From: Myxococcota bacterium
GTDB lineage: Bacteria; Myxococcota_A; UBA9160; JAFDDA01
Assembly: GCA_965228475.1 (NCBI GenBank)
Contig: OZ245817.1
Coordinates: 4,064,001-4,128,000, forward strand
Length of the DNA: 64,000 bases
Reading direction: 5' to 3'
Below, one piece after another: positions 28,703 to 38,500 of this stretch. Numbering within the stretch: the stretch's first letter is position 1; each line of letters opens with the position of its first letter. The notes beneath the pieces were generated by a model, which did no database searches, had not been told where the DNA came from, and was given only the letters and a program-made list of their open reading frames with translations. A program made the position numbers and the translations under genes.

Positions 28703-29470
28703 TCACCGTCCCGTCACGACAGGGCCGACGCCGAGTTCGTGCAGGAGTTGCGAATGATCTTCGTAGTCCGTCGTGCAGGGCGGGCCGTCGGCGAAGCGCC
28801 ATTCGCTCCGCGTCCCGGGCTCCCCCCGCCAAAGCAGGCTCGAGCTGCGCGTGCCGTAGCCCTTGCCCTCGAGGCCCGCGTGGATGCAGGTGTTCGAGAG
28901 CGGGCCGGTCCGGCCTTCGTGGGAGCGGCAGACGTCGGCGAGGCGGTCGAGCAGGCGATCCGCCGGGCCTTCGAGGGCCCTCTCCGCGTCCGCGAGAATG
29001 CGGGCGACCTTCGGGTTCGAGCGGTCGTCCGGGTCCGCATTCCCGATCACGTGGACGCCGGGCTCGAGCGCCTCGACGCGCACCGTTTCCTCGTAGACCG
29101 CCACGTAGGCATTCTCCGCATCCGCCACCAGCAGGTTGAACGGGTTGTACTCGCCCGCCGGCAGCGCGTTCATCCAATCCACCGCCTCGGCCGCCTTCGT
29201 CACGCCGAGTGCGTCCATCACCAGGAGGCCCCGCGAGCGGCGCCCCGCGTCCACGCACGAGGTCGGCCGGTTCGTCAGGGCCGCGAAGGTCCCGTGGGCG
29301 TTCACGCCGAGCCAGGTCCCTCCGGCACGCAGATCCCGCGGCGCCGCAATGCGCCCCCCCGCCCGCAGCGCCGGCCCCTCGGCGGGGCGCTCGTGGTACT
29401 CGTCCCGGTTGGCCGCCACGACGAGGGGCGCGCCCGGGACGCAGCGGTGCAGGGTGATCAACGTGCACAT
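28703..29470 (-). CDS. NRDE (TANGO2) family protein
   Basis: MC start, AANRDEY, GGTWLG, LTN, SRG, YNPFNL, YGTRSSS. Confidence 0.92.
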   Translation of the reverse strand: MCTLITLHRCVPGAPLVVAANRDEYHERPAEGPALRAGGRIAAPRDLRAGGTWLGVNAHGTFAALTNRPTSCVDAGRRSRGLLVMDALGVTKAAEAVDWMNALPAGEYNPFNLLVADAENAYVAVYEETVRVEALEPGVHVIGNADPDDRSNPKVARILADAERALEGPADRLLDRLADVCRSHEGRTGPLSNTCIHAGLEGKGYGTRSSSLLWRGEPGTRSEWRFADGPPCTTDYEDHSQLLHELGVGPVVTGR

Positions 29471-29538
29471 GAGAGTGCCCGGGCAGGTCCTCCGGGTGAC
29501 GCAGGGCCAAAATCAAGACAGACCCTGGGGAACTTCCG

Positions 29539-29567
29539 AGGATAGCGGACATCCCCCGGGGGCGCAA
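29539..29567 (-). promoter_or_regulatory. sigma70-type promoter for NRDE gene
   Basis: TTGCGC-17 nt-TATCCT on the minus strand. Confidence 0.5.
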
Positions 29568-29603
29568 TTTCTTGCGGACTTTGGGTGACGCGAAGCGTCG
29601 GGC

Positions 29604-30965
29604 TCAGGCGCCCTGGTCGCCGACCAGCCGGAGGGAGGGTTTGTCCTCCTCGGGGTCGAACTCCTCGTCCTGCCCCGCCCAGCCCTTCTTCGCGCGCATG
29701 CGCTCGGCCTTGCGGCGGGCGACGTCGCGGTCCATCTCGAGCCCGTAGCGGCTGAGCACCCCGGCCAGCTGGTCGTAGTTCTGCTCGATCGAGCCCCGGA
29801 CGGATTCGAAGCCGTGCTGGACCGCCTCCCAGCGCTTCCAGAACGCCAGCGGGTTCACGCCGAAGAAGTCCGCGTCCGTCTCGCGCGGCTCGAGCAGCAC
29901 GATGTCGCCCTGGAAGCGGTCGTCGGTCAGGTAGCGCTGGATGCCGAGCTTGAGCCGCGAGTGAAGCAGCGTGCGGAAGACCTGGTTCACCACGGCCTTC
30001 AGCCCGCGGTCCGAGAGGTAGCGCCCGTCCGCGAAGTAGGTCGGCTCCTCGTCCTCGCCGTCGATGCGGTTCAGGAAGGGGCGGAACGGGTTGTAACAGA
30101 TGATCAGGTCCGCGCCCTTTTCGATCCCGATGTCGATGTTCGCCGTGTGGCGGACGCCGCCGTCGACGTAGTCGATGCCGCCGATGCGCGCGGGCTTGAA
30201 GAAGCCGGGCAGCGCCGTCGAGGCCTGGACGGCCTGGGAGATCGAGACCTCGTTCACCTCGTCGGGGCCGAAGACCACGCGCTCGGCCGTGTCGAGATCG
30301 CAGGCCGTGATGTAGAGCTGCTTCTCGCGCTTGCGCTGGAAGGCGCGGAAGTCGTTCGGCATGCGGATGCGGCGCAGGTTCTCGCTGAGCCACGCTTCGA
30401 GGGTGTAGTTGTCGAACAGGCCCGAGGGAATGTGGTTGCTCAGCGCGGGGATCTCGCGGTCGGGCGAGACGTGCTCGAGCGTGGCCATCGCGAAGGCTTC
30501 GAAGTGGGTGTAGTTGGGTTTGCGGACGAAGGCCTGGAAGCGCTGGCTCACGGCTTCGGGCAGCGCGGGCAGGGCCTTCGCGAAGTCGTTGGCGACCCCC
30601 GGGAAGTAGGAGAGAAAGTCGTAGGCGAGCTTCGCGGGCCGTTGGGCGAACTCGCGCCAGTTCGGCGAATAGAAGTCGAGGGGGCGGAGCTGACTGAAGC
30701 GGGTGCTCGTGCCTTCGAGGACGCGGAGCATCTCCTCGGGCGGGATGCCGCCGGCGAGCGGCACCGCGAGCAGGGCGCCGGCGGAGAGGCCGACGTAGGT
30801 GTCGAAGTCCGTCGTCTTGCGGCCGACCAGGTAGTCGTCGAGGGCCTTCAGGCCGCCGACCTTGAAGGCGCCGCCGGAGACCGCGCCGCCGGCGAGCACC
30901 AGCGCCACCTTCGGGTTGCGCTTGCGACGTCGCCCATCGCTCTTGCGGATCAGGGTCAGGCCCAC
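29604..30965 (-). CDS. patatin-like phospholipase
   Basis: LAGGAVSGG oxyanion loop, GLSAG nucleophile elbow, ASTALPG, VDGG. Confidence 0.9.
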   Translation of the reverse strand: MGLTLIRKSDGRRRKRNPKVALVLAGGAVSGGAFKVGGLKALDDYLVGRKTTDFDTYVGLSAGALLAVPLAGGIPPEEMLRVLEGTSTRFSQLRPLDFYSPNWREFAQRPAKLAYDFLSYFPGVANDFAKALPALPEAVSQRFQAFVRKPNYTHFEAFAMATLEHVSPDREIPALSNHIPSGLFDNYTLEAWLSENLRRIRMPNDFRAFQRKREKQLYITACDLDTAERVVFGPDEVNEVSISQAVQASTALPGFFKPARIGGIDYVDGGVRHTANIDIGIEKGADLIICYNPFRPFLNRIDGEDEEPTYFADGRYLSDRGLKAVVNQVFRTLLHSRLKLGIQRYLTDDRFQGDIVLLEPRETDADFFGVNPLAFWKRWEAVQHGFESVRGSIEQNYDQLAGVLSRYGLEMDRDVARRKAERMRAKKGWAGQDEEFDPEEDKPSLRLVGDQGA

Positions 30966-31267
30966 TCGGAGACCTCCGGAGCGCCAGCCCTCCGCGCGAA
31001 ACCCTGCGACATCGGGCGGAGGCTCTGCTGCATCGCGTTAGAGGGTAACCAGACGGTCTCCGTAGGTCGAGCCTAGAATGGGCCGAATCCGGCGCCCCCG
31101 GGAAAGAAAAAGTGAGGAAAACACGCTGTTTGCGACGATCAGGCGCACGAGGCGGAGTGAGGGGTTCAGACAACGCTCCGCTGCCGCGCTGCGTCGGCTT
31201 CCCGTGAAACCTGTCTCCCGCTCGGGAACACTTTATTATGCTGGGCATCCAAGCTGGCGAGGCCCCC

Positions 31268-32560
31268 GTGAAGACGCCTGAAATCACACGAGGATTGAGA
31301 CTGGTGGTGGCCCTGGCGTTCACGCTCGCCACGGGCTGCGCCTCGAACACCGGGCCCGCTCCGGGCAGCGCCGGTGGCCCGCCCGGCGCCCAGAGCCCGA
31401 GCGTCGCGGCCGGCCCGCCCGGCCCCTCCGCCATGGACCGCAGCACGGCCGCCCTCGAGGGGGCTGTCCTGGGCGCCATGATCGGCACCTGGATGGGCCC
31501 GATCGGCGCGGCCGTCGGCGCCGGCGCCTTCATGCTCTACGGCGCCATGACCGGCCGTGTGATGGGCTCCCCCGGCCCGAACACCGGGCCGCGCAACGAA
31601 CGCGAGCGCGAGGAAATCCTCGAGGACCAGATCGATCAGGAGATGCAGCGCCACGCCTCGCTCGAGTCCGAGATCGAAGCGGAGCTCCGCCGGCAAGAGG
31701 AGCTGATGTCGCGCATCGAGCAGGACGAGGCCATGGCCGAAGCCCTCGGCGACGAGATCGCCCCCGAGCTGAGCCAGGAAGAGATCGCCGAGCACGCCGA
31801 CGCCCGCGCCGCACCGCTCGCCCCGAAGGACCGCGACCTCCCCGAGTACATCTTCGACGTCGACACGATCGAGGTCGCGCGCGGCGAGTGGGGCAACCGC
31901 AAGAAGATCGAGGCCACGCGGCGCAGCCTGGATGCGGACCGTGACGGAAAGCCGGAAGAAGTCCGCTACTTCGACCCCCAGGGCACCTACCTCCGCAAGG
32001 AGGAAGACCGCGACTTCGACGGCAAGATCGACGCCTGGTCGGTCTTTCGCGGCGGCGAGCTCGCCACACGCGAACTCGACTCCAACGGCGACGGCCAGCG
32101 CGACACCTGGGAACACTTCGCGCGCGGCCGCATGACGGCCCGCGAGGTCGACCGCAACAACGACGGCAAGCGCGACGCCTTCTTCGAGTACCAGAACGAC
32201 TCGCTCGTCCGCGAGCGTCACGACACCAACTACGACGGCACGATCGACTTCCGCGTCACCTACGCGAACCGCCGGCGCGTGAAGGCGGAAGAGGACGCGA
32301 ACAAGGACGGGAAGATCGACACCTGGACGAGCTACATAGCCGTCGAGGACCGCGAGGCCGTCGACCGGATCGAGCGCGACCAGGCCGGCGACGGCAAGGC
32401 CGACACCTTCGAGGTCTACGTCCAGACCGGCGGGAAGTCCGTCCTCCAGAAGAAGGAAGAGGACAAGAACGCCGACGGCGAGATCGACATCACCTCGATC
32501 TACGAGAACGGCAAGCTCGTCCGCCGGGAGATCAGCGACCCGGCGATGATGCCGCTCTAG
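31268..32560 (+). CDS. lipoprotein with glycine zipper, coiled coil and eight Dx[DN]xDG-type repeats
   Basis: LATGC lipobox; GAVLGAMIG...GAAVGAG; repeats such as DRDFDGKIDAW, DSNGDGQRDTW, DANKDGKIDTW. Confidence 0.75.
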   Translation: MKTPEITRGLRLVVALAFTLATGCASNTGPAPGSAGGPPGAQSPSVAAGPPGPSAMDRSTAALEGAVLGAMIGTWMGPIGAAVGAGAFMLYGAMTGRVMGSPGPNTGPRNEREREEILEDQIDQEMQRHASLESEIEAELRRQEELMSRIEQDEAMAEALGDEIAPELSQEEIAEHADARAAPLAPKDRDLPEYIFDVDTIEVARGEWGNRKKIEATRRSLDADRDGKPEEVRYFDPQGTYLRKEEDRDFDGKIDAWSVFRGGELATRELDSNGDGQRDTWEHFARGRMTAREVDRNNDGKRDAFFEYQNDSLVRERHDTNYDGTIDFRVTYANRRRVKAEEDANKDGKIDTWTSYIAVEDREAVDRIERDQAGDGKADTFEVYVQTGGKSVLQKKEEDKNADGEIDITSIYENGKLVRREISDPAMMPL

Positions 32561-33162
32561 GCGATCTCCTCGGACAGCCGCTCGGGCGCATCGATCGCGA
32601 TGTAGCCGCCCTCCAGCCGCACGACGCCACCCGCCACCCAATCCCGCAGGTGTTTGTTCACGCTCTCGCGTGAGGCGCACACCATCGAGCCGAGTTCTTC
32701 CTGGGAGATCCGGAGATCGATGCGGACGCCGGAACCGTCGGGCACCCCGAATCGTCTGCGCAGAGCGAGCAGCGTCTTCGCGATCCGCGCCTTCACGTCG
32801 AGAAAGGCCTGATCTTCGAGCCGTTCGCCGAGCGCACGGATCCGGCCGGCGAGCACCTCGAGGAGCCGGAACGCCGAGTCGGGATGGCCGCGGACCAGCG
32901 CCGTCAGCTCTCCGCCGTCGAGGACCACCAGCTCGCAGTCCTCGAGCGCCGTCGCCGTCGCGGTCCGACGGCCTCCAGAGAGGGCCGAGAGCTCGCCGAC
33001 GAGATCGCCGGGGCCGGCGATCCCGAACACGAATTCCTGGCCCCGGGGCGAAACCGCGCCCAACCGCAGCCGACCCCGCCGCACCACGTAGACCTCGTGG
33101 CCTAGCTGCCCCTTGTGAAAGAGCTCGTCGCGGGCTTTCAGGGCGAGCGTTCGGCTGGGCAC
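32557..33162 (-). CDS. Crp/Fnr family transcriptional regulator (Crp2)
   Basis: GELSALSGGRRTATA cNMP-binding cassette; HTH ISQEELGSMVCASRESVNK; GTG at 33162 has GGAGG 7 nt upstream (track start 33186). Confidence 0.9.
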   Translation of the reverse strand: MPSRTLALKARDELFHKGQLGHEVYVVRRGRLRLGAVSPRGQEFVFGIAGPGDLVGELSALSGGRRTATATALEDCELVVLDGGELTALVRGHPDSAFRLLEVLAGRIRALGERLEDQAFLDVKARIAKTLLALRRRFGVPDGSGVRIDLRISQEELGSMVCASRESVNKHLRDWVAGGVVRLEGGYIAIDAPERLSEEIA

Positions 33163-33208
33163 CTCGGGACCTCCGGGATCGAGCATGGAGCCCGGCGGCC
33201 GGAGACGC

Positions 33209-33224
33209 CGTGAAGCACTTCACA
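33209..33224. promoter_or_regulatory. CRP box (class II position) upstream of crp2
   Basis: CGTGA-AGCACT-TCACA; centred at -41.5 if CATGCT (33187..33182) is the -10. Confidence 0.75.
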
Positions 33225-33957
33225 GAGTCGGGGTTTCGCTCGTGCGCCCGGCGCGCGCCGGATCCGCCAGGGCCTCGAGCGGCCCCCGGTCGTGGACGCG
33301 CACGACGCCCGACTCGCTCGAGAGCCAGCCTTCCTGCTCGAAGGCACGCATCTGCTTGTTCACCGCCTCCCGGGTCGCCCCGACGAGGTTGCCGAGCTCG
33401 GTCTGGGACAGCTTGAGGTCGATGCGCAGGCCGTCGGACTCCTCGACGCCGTACTCGTCCGCCAGGGCGAGCAGGGAGCGGGCCAGGCGGTTCGGGAGGT
33501 TGCGGAAGAGCGTGTCCTCCATGACCTCGCTCACGTGAGTGAGGCGCTCGGCCAGGGACGACATGCAGGCGATGGCGATCTCGGGCTGGCGCCGCATCAC
33601 GTCGAGGAGGTCCCGCCGGTGGATCACGAGGAGCTCCGCGGGCGTCAGCGCGGTCACGGTCGCGGTGCGGCGGCCGCCGAAGAGCATCGCGACCTCCCCG
33701 ATGACCTCGCCTTCCTTCATGATCGAGAAGGTGATCTCCCGGCCGTCCTCGGAGGTCGACGCTGCCTTGAGGCTGCCGCGAAGGACGGCGTAGGCCTCGT
33801 TTCCCTCGTCTCCCTTGTGAAAGAGCTCCTCGCGGGCGGCCAGCTTCTTGCGGACGGTCCGCTCGGCGAGCAGGTCGAGTTCGGCCTCGCCGAGCGACGC
33901 GAACACGAAGATCTGCGAAAGCAGCTGACGGCGATCGACGACGGCGGTGTCGCTCAT
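33220..33957 (-). CDS. Crp/Fnr family transcriptional regulator (Crp1)
   Basis: GEVAMLFGGRRTATV cNMP cassette; HTH LSQTELGNLVGATREAVNK; ATGA coupling to upstream gene. Confidence 0.92.
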   Translation of the reverse strand: MSDTAVVDRRQLLSQIFVFASLGEAELDLLAERTVRKKLAAREELFHKGDEGNEAYAVLRGSLKAASTSEDGREITFSIMKEGEVIGEVAMLFGGRRTATVTALTPAELLVIHRRDLLDVMRRQPEIAIACMSSLAERLTHVSEVMEDTLFRNLPNRLARSLLALADEYGVEESDGLRIDLKLSQTELGNLVGATREAVNKQMRAFEQEGWLSSESGVVRVHDRGPLEALADPARAGRTSETPTL

Positions 33958-34364
33958 GGCCCGTCCAGACGATGGTTCCGCCCGGTCACGAGGTAGGCCA
34001 CGCCCGCCACGAGCAGGCCGATGGCCGTCGCACTGGAGAGGTTCACGCCGAAGCACGGCCAGCCGCACTCGGGCGTGGCGAGCGAGATGAACAGCACCGG
34101 AAAGATCACGAGCGCGCCGACGAGCGGCCCGCGCAGCCACCACGGCTCGGGCCAGGTCGAGACCCCGACCCAGAAGCCGACGAGCATCCGCGCCGTGTAG
34201 AACGCCCAGACCATGCGCGAGCCGTCGAGGTAGTGCGTGTCGAACTTGTAGGGGATCGGGCCGTGCAGATACTGCGGCAGCCACCCGAGTGCGATGCCGA
34301 GCACTGCGCAGAGTGCGACGTACGGGACGTTCCGGCGCGCGCCATCCTGCGAGAACTCAGACAA
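33954..34364 (-). CDS. small integral membrane protein (about 4 TM)
   Basis: TTG start after GGAGG; four hydrophobic segments; overlaps both neighbours. Confidence 0.7.
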   Translation of the reverse strand: MSEFSQDGARRNVPYVALCAVLGIALGWLPQYLHGPIPYKFDTHYLDGSRMVWAFYTARMLVGFWVGVSTWPEPWWLRGPLVGALVIFPVLFISLATPECGWPCFGVNLSSATAIGLLVAGVAYLVTGRNHRLDGP

Positions 34365-35496
34365 GCGTTTCCTCCCGAGGCGCCCGGCCGGCGACGAGAT
34401 GATACGCCTGGGTCCGGTTGGTCTCGAGGAACGCCTCCGAGGCACGCAGGAAGACCCGGAAGGCCCGGACCGACTCCTCGCCGAAGCGTTCCGCCAGGGC
34501 CTTCTCTTCCCGCTCCAGCGCGTCCGCCCAGTCGCGACAGGTCCATGCGTAGGAGATCGTGTCGTCGACGAGTTCGTGCACGTTGAAGCCCTGGGCGACG
34601 AGCGCTTCGAGGAGCTTCGGCACGTTCACGTAGCGGGCGGTGCCCGGGAAGATGTAGCGGCCGAGGAACGCGCCGACCTGGAACCCGCTTCGCTCGCTGC
34701 AGAAGTCCGCCCAGAGGCGGCCGTCGTCGCGGAGGTGGGTCGCGAGGAAGCGGGCGGCATAGGCGTAGTCGGTGAAGTGCTCGAAGGTTCCCATGAAGAC
34801 CGCGCCGTCGAAGGGCATGGCGGGCTCGAAGTCGAGCAGGTCGATCCGTTCGACGCAGCAGGGGAGCGAACGCTCGCGAATCAATCCTTCGACGAAACGC
34901 CGCTGTTCCTCCGAGAGCGTGATGCCGTGCACCTCGATTCCGCGGAGTCCGGCGAATTCGAGGAACGAGCCCCAGCCGCAGCCCATGTCGAGCACACGCA
35001 TGCCCGGTTCGAGCCCGAGCGTCTCGATGGCGCGCTCGAACTTGCGGGCCTGGGCCTCCTCGGGAAGATCGTCTTCGGACGCGTAGAGCCCGTGCGAGTA
35101 GGAGCGCCAGCGCTCGAACCAGGGCAGGAAGAACTCGGGCGGGCGATCGTAGTGGAAGGCCACGGACTCGCGCTGCAGGCTGCGGCGGTCGCGGAGCAGG
35201 AGCTGTGCCGCGAAGCGCAGCCGCTCGTAGAGCGAGGGGTCCGGGGCGATCACCTCGGTGAGTCGGATGACTTCGCGGAAGTCCCCTTCGACGTCGATCG
35301 CGCCGTGCAGATAGGCCTCGGCGACGCCGAGCAGGTCCTGCCGCTCGAGGGCGCAGAGCGCCTCGTCTTCGTGGAACACGACCCGCGTTCGCTCCGGGTC
35401 CGGGCCGACCCGGTGGAGCACCTCGCTCTCGTTCTCGAGGGTGAGGTTGGCGCCGGCCTCCGCGAGGGCGTCGATGAGCGGGACGAGGGCGTTCAC
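34357..35496 (-). CDS. cyclopropane-fatty-acyl-phospholipid synthase-like class I SAM methyltransferase
   Basis: EAYLHG, VAFHYD, YSHG, EEAQARK, VLDMGCGWG, GITLSEEQ, FEH, YIFPG; GTG overlaps giant-gene stop (GTGA). Confidence 0.88.
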   Translation of the reverse strand: MNALVPLIDALAEAGANLTLENESEVLHRVGPDPERTRVVFHEDEALCALERQDLLGVAEAYLHGAIDVEGDFREVIRLTEVIAPDPSLYERLRFAAQLLLRDRRSLQRESVAFHYDRPPEFFLPWFERWRSYSHGLYASEDDLPEEAQARKFERAIETLGLEPGMRVLDMGCGWGSFLEFAGLRGIEVHGITLSEEQRRFVEGLIRERSLPCCVERIDLLDFEPAMPFDGAVFMGTFEHFTDYAYAARFLATHLRDDGRLWADFCSERSGFQVGAFLGRYIFPGTARYVNVPKLLEALVAQGFNVHELVDDTISYAWTCRDWADALEREEKALAERFGEESVRAFRVFLRASEAFLETNRTQAYHLVAGRAPREETLV

Positions 35497-35588
35497 GCGG
35501 CGCTCTTCGACCCCTCCGGGCGCGTGCGCCGGCGCCGCAGGCGCGCCAGGCCGAGCAGGCCGATCAGCTCGGGGCCGAGCCCGCAGCC
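35472..35588. repeat. 117-bp direct repeat, copy A (end of giant gene A plus start of methyltransferase)
   Basis: Nearly identical to 41266..41382 (about 5 mismatches by eye). Confidence 0.9.
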
Positions 35589-38500
35589 ACCGGCCTTTTC
35601 CTTCGCAACGTAGGGGTTCCCGTTGCACTGCGGGTCGGGCAGGCCGAAGCCGCCGCCGTCGTAGTCCGTGAAGCCGTCGGCGTCGTTGTCGAGACCGTCG
35701 CTGCAGGCCGGGTCTTCCCGGGCGCCGTCGGGGGCGATGCAGCCCGGATCGCCACCGACGTCGGAGCCGTAGTCGCCGTCGTTGTCCCGGCCGTCGTCGC
35801 ACACCAGCAGGTTCGAGCGCTCGCTCGTGTCCGCACCGTCGTCGCAGCCGGCGTCGGCGAGATCCACGAGGCCGTCGCCGTCGTTGTCGATGCCGTCGCT
35901 GCAGGCGTTGCCGCCTCCGACGTAGGCGCAAAGAGAATCGCAGACGCCATCGATGCCGTTCTGCGAACCGTGGTCGCAGCCTTCTCCGTACTCCTGGATG
36001 CCGTTGCCGCAGCTCTGGCGGTCGCAGGCATCGCCGATGCCGTCGCCATCGACGTCGAGCTGATCGCCGTTGGCGACGTCCTGGCAGTTGTCGATCGGGT
36101 CGGCGAGGCCGTCGCCGTCCGCGTCGGCCGCGGTGGCGATGGTCGTCGTGCCGAGGTCGCAGGTGGCACCTTCGTTGCACTGAGAGTCGTTGTCGCAGGA
36201 GCCGTCGCCGTCGGAGCAGCGGCCGCGCGTCACGTAGCGCTGGCGGCCGTCCTCCGCCTCCTCGAGCGTGGCGAAGAGCGCCTCCGGGTTCAGACCGTCG
36301 TCGACGCAGACCTCGGTGGCCGCGCACTCGGCGTCGGTCAGGCACGGCCCGGTGATGTCCTTGCAGGTGAAGGACCCCGGAACGCCGAGCACGGGGGAGC
36401 AGAACTCGTCCCCGGGGCACGAGTCCGGAACCTCGGGGTTGCAGCCCGAGCCGGTGTCGAAGAGGCAGCCACCCGGCGGGAAGTAGCATTCGCCTCCGCC
36501 CGAGCAGTCGGCATTGCTCGCACAGCCCGCCGCCGTGACGGTGCAGATGCCCGCGACCGCTCCACCGACGATGTCGCACGCGTCCTCCATCGATCCGCCG
36601 GCGATCAACGCCTCCGGGTTGAAGTGCTGGATGACGAGGTTCAACGGCCCGCCGCTCTGGTCGAGGTCGTTCCCGCCCTGCTGGGCCTCGAGCGTGAGGA
36701 AGCTCACCTTCGTGCCGAGGACGCGGTACGGGATGCGCGGATCACAGGCTTCCACCGGGCACGGAATGGCGGCCTGCATGCCGTTGTAGGTGCGGCCCGT
36801 GGACAGGTCCATGACGTGCATGACCGAATCGAAGAGATCGCCGTCCGCCACGCCTCCCACGATCGGCGGCACGACGCCGTTCAGGTTGACCCCCTCCCCT
36901 TCTTCGCTCACCCGGAACGCGATGATGTCCTCTCCGAGGACGAAGTCGTCGACGGCGGGGTTGAAGCGAGCCACGCCCTGGTCGTCGAGGAAGGCGACGG
37001 GCTGTCCGCTGGCGTCGTAGACGTGCAACACGCGGTCGAGCTGATCGCCGTCTCCGTTCAAGGCGGCTCCCTGGTCCGCCTCCGGCACGGTGAAGGCGAC
37101 GAAGCCTCCGACGGTCTGGACGTCGTCCGCGGCCAGGAAAAGGTTCTGCCAGGTCCCGCTCGTTCCCGTCGCCGTGTCGTTCAGATGGACGACGAGGTCG
37201 TCCATGTCGCCATCGCCGTTCAGGAAGAGGCCTTCCTGCGCCTCCGAGGCCAGGGCTGCAACGACCTGACTCGAAACCGCGACCTGATCGGCGGCCAGGG
37301 CCAGGTTCACCGCGGGGCCGGCCTGGCGGTTGCGGTAGAGCTGGACGACGAGGTCGTCGAAGTCGCCGTCGCCGTTGTGGTCGACTCCAGCGCCCGCCGC
37401 GGACTCGTCGGCCAGGAAGGCCGCGTTGCCATCGCGCACGCTGACGGCCTCGGCGCTGCCGAAGCGAAGGACGGTGAAGGGGCCGACCGCCTGCGTGTCC
37501 GCGACCGCGAGCACCGTGTCGCGCGAGTCCCCGTCGCCGTTCAGGTCGTTGCTCGCGCCGTCGAGCGCGGGTTTGCGGAGGTAGCGGCCGCCCGGAAGCA
37601 GCTTGGCGTGGAAGACCGTCTCGGCGTCCCCCTGGATCTGCCCGGAAGTGTCGGGCTGATTGCCGAGTCCGTCGGGGAAAAACGAGAAGATCCTGGTGAC
37701 TCGGTCCACGAACTGCGGAGCGAAGCTCCCGGAAGGATGGCCACCGAAGTAGAAGGGCTGGACGAGTGCGTAGCGGCCGTCCGAAGAGAGCGTGCCTCCC
37801 TGGCTGGGCGTGTCGAAGCCCAGCGTGGAGAGCCCGACCTCCTCGCGCGACACCGTCCCCGGCTCGTCGAAGATGCCGTCGTCGTCGCCGTCCCGATCGT
37901 AGATGACCGCCAACCCGCCGGGCTGCCAGCCCATGATCACGCGGCCGTCGTCGCTCATGTCCGTCGGGATGATCCACTGGGTGTCGAGCAGGGAGGGCGA
38001 GACGAACTCGGCTTCGCCGCTCTCGTCGTAGATTCCGTCGCCATCGAGGTCTCGGTCGAGGATGAAGGCGTCGCTGCGCAGGTTCGTATCCCCCGCGATG
38101 AGGTTCGACGCCGTCGAGCGGAAGAGAACGTAACGGCCGTCGCGAGACATCTCCGCCGGCGTGAACAGGTCGTCGTTGGGCGCCACGCCCACCCCGAGCA
38201 CGGCGTCACTCGCCCGATAGCTCGCGATCGCCCCGGGCTCGTCGTAGATCCCGTCTTCGTCGGTGTCCCGGTCGTGGATGACGAGCTCGCTGTCCAGGAA
38301 CGCGTCGCCAGCGATCATGTTCGTCGCGCTGGAGGCGAAGACCACGAACCTTCCGTCGTCGCTCATGCGCGGACGCGAGGAGCCGTTGTTGGCCTGGACA
38401 CCGGCCGAGCTCACGCTCACCCGGACGTTCGCCACGAAACCCGGCTCGTCGTAGATCCCGTCCTCGTCGGTGTCCCGGTCGTGGATGAACACGTCGTCGC

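Noticed and set aside
33110..33830. Extra TGTGA half-sites inside the crp genes
   Set aside because: They encode FHK on the coding strand and lack a TCACA partner at N6
35497..36579. 740-aa methyltransferase ORF in the track
   Set aside because: Upstream portion is an off-frame read of giant gene A; the real start is the coupled GTG at 35496
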